Below, in pieces: positions 63,101-64,000 of a stretch of DNA of 64,000 nt. Below the pieces are notes generated by a model, which searched no databases, was not told the origin of the DNA, and saw only the letters and a program-made list of their open reading frames with translations. Source of the DNA: Azolla caroliniana (lineage: Eukaryota; Plantae; Polypodiophyta); contig JBHGNT010000004.1 in NCBI GenBank assembly GCA_043228905.1, positions 18,848,001 to 18,912,000 of the forward strand, in the 5' to 3' direction. Position numbers and translations under genes: made by a program. The stretch's first letter is position 1; each line of letters begins with the position of its first letter.

Positions 63101-64000
63101 TCAACACACACTTAAAGAGAAACAACATAGTGCAGACAATAAAATATGGAGAATTTAGATTAGTCTCTCAATTAGAGAAATACAGCCCTGAATATAGTGT
63201 GGGAGATGTCTTGAAAATGTATTGATTTACTTTTTCCTTCCATGGAGCTTATCTTGGGGGGACTTTGTGCAGAGAGCAGCAGCTCTAAAGAGGAGAGAGG
63301 AGGCACAAAAGAAGAAGGAAGCTGCTTCGACAGAATTTTCTAACTCTAAAGCATTAATGCCCATGAATAGAGAAAAGGAGATGAATGATTCTGTAGAAGC
63401 GCATATTCAAATTGGTGACAAGAATGATCTTAGCTCTAGTGCCTTGCAAGGCCTCAATAATGCAGGCAAAAGCAAGTCTGTATTACATAAAAATAATCAT
63501 GAGCCTGTAGTTTTAAATCATGACAGGAGCGATGATACCATGGCAATGGTGAATGATGTTGTTGCTGACAGTCAGAGTGAGAATACTAATAATGGCGCTA
63601 GGAATGAAAAGAATATCCAAATGCCAATTTTTGCTGATAACACAAATGATCGTGAAACATGTCCCATGGAAGAAACAGTGTCATTTGAAGCAACCAATCT
63701 TTCTGGCTCTGTTGGATTACATACCCTGAATAGAGAAATTGCACAAGGTGAAGCGGGTAATGAATATACTATCCTAGATCTGATGATTTTTCGCCACTTG
63801 AATATACCTTTATATTAGATTTTGGTTTTGAAAATTATAAATAAGCTGTATTGTTCAGCCTTTTACATTTTGGTTGTATGTTAGAAGATGGAGGATCACA
63901 GTTGGAATTTCATAGTTCTGAAAAAGCTCTCTCCGAAGCTTTGGTTGTCATGGATGAAAGGGACTGTAAACTAGAGCAAACCTGTGCAGGTGAAGCATCA
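60124..64000 (+). CDS. Uncharacterised plant protein with an N-terminal C2-like domain (partial); exons 60124-60148, 61135-61170, 61302-61325, 61952-62036, 62132-62205, 62288-62418, 63273-~63756, 63885->
   Basis: Spliced translation MPGSIRVSVLNAFDLPETNIDEKDVAVKVSIGMQEYMT..WNADFVFPVLNLRDNLLVELVD..GGKINLKLKFMLTEEERQRIDMMRAAALKRREE. GT-AG phases are consistent; a 5'UTR exon ends at about 59609. Confidence 0.8.

Overview
Eukaryotic land-plant genomic DNA, probably a fern or another lineage with flagellated sperm (inferred from a SAS-6 gene, PLS-PPR debris and a Tcn1-like chromovirus). There are four host genes: the 5' end of a spastin-like MIT/AAA ATPase (minus, runs off the left edge), a two-RRM hnRNP A1/RNP1-like gene (minus), a 13-coding-exon SAS-6 gene (plus), and the 5' part of a C2-like-domain gene (plus, runs off the right edge). 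Between them lie two nested LTR-retrotransposon blocks: a Copia with identical LTRs inside an older Copia (19047-29808), and a Tcn1/Tf1-like chromovirus inside another chromovirus, itself inside a LINE tail (44947-58477). Also present are an endonuclease-less Penelope-like element, LINE 3' fragments, solo LTRs and a tRNA-derived SINE family tied to (CT)n tracts. The most notable signals are: (1) an antisense tRNA-like A/B-box module at the U3 start of two divergent LTR families; (2) a SINE with two convergent tRNA-like heads; (3) a self-priming PBS and a candidate -1 frameshift pseudoknot in the inner chromovirus; (4) an interstitial EN-minus Penelope-like RT. All calls were made by eye; no database searches were run.
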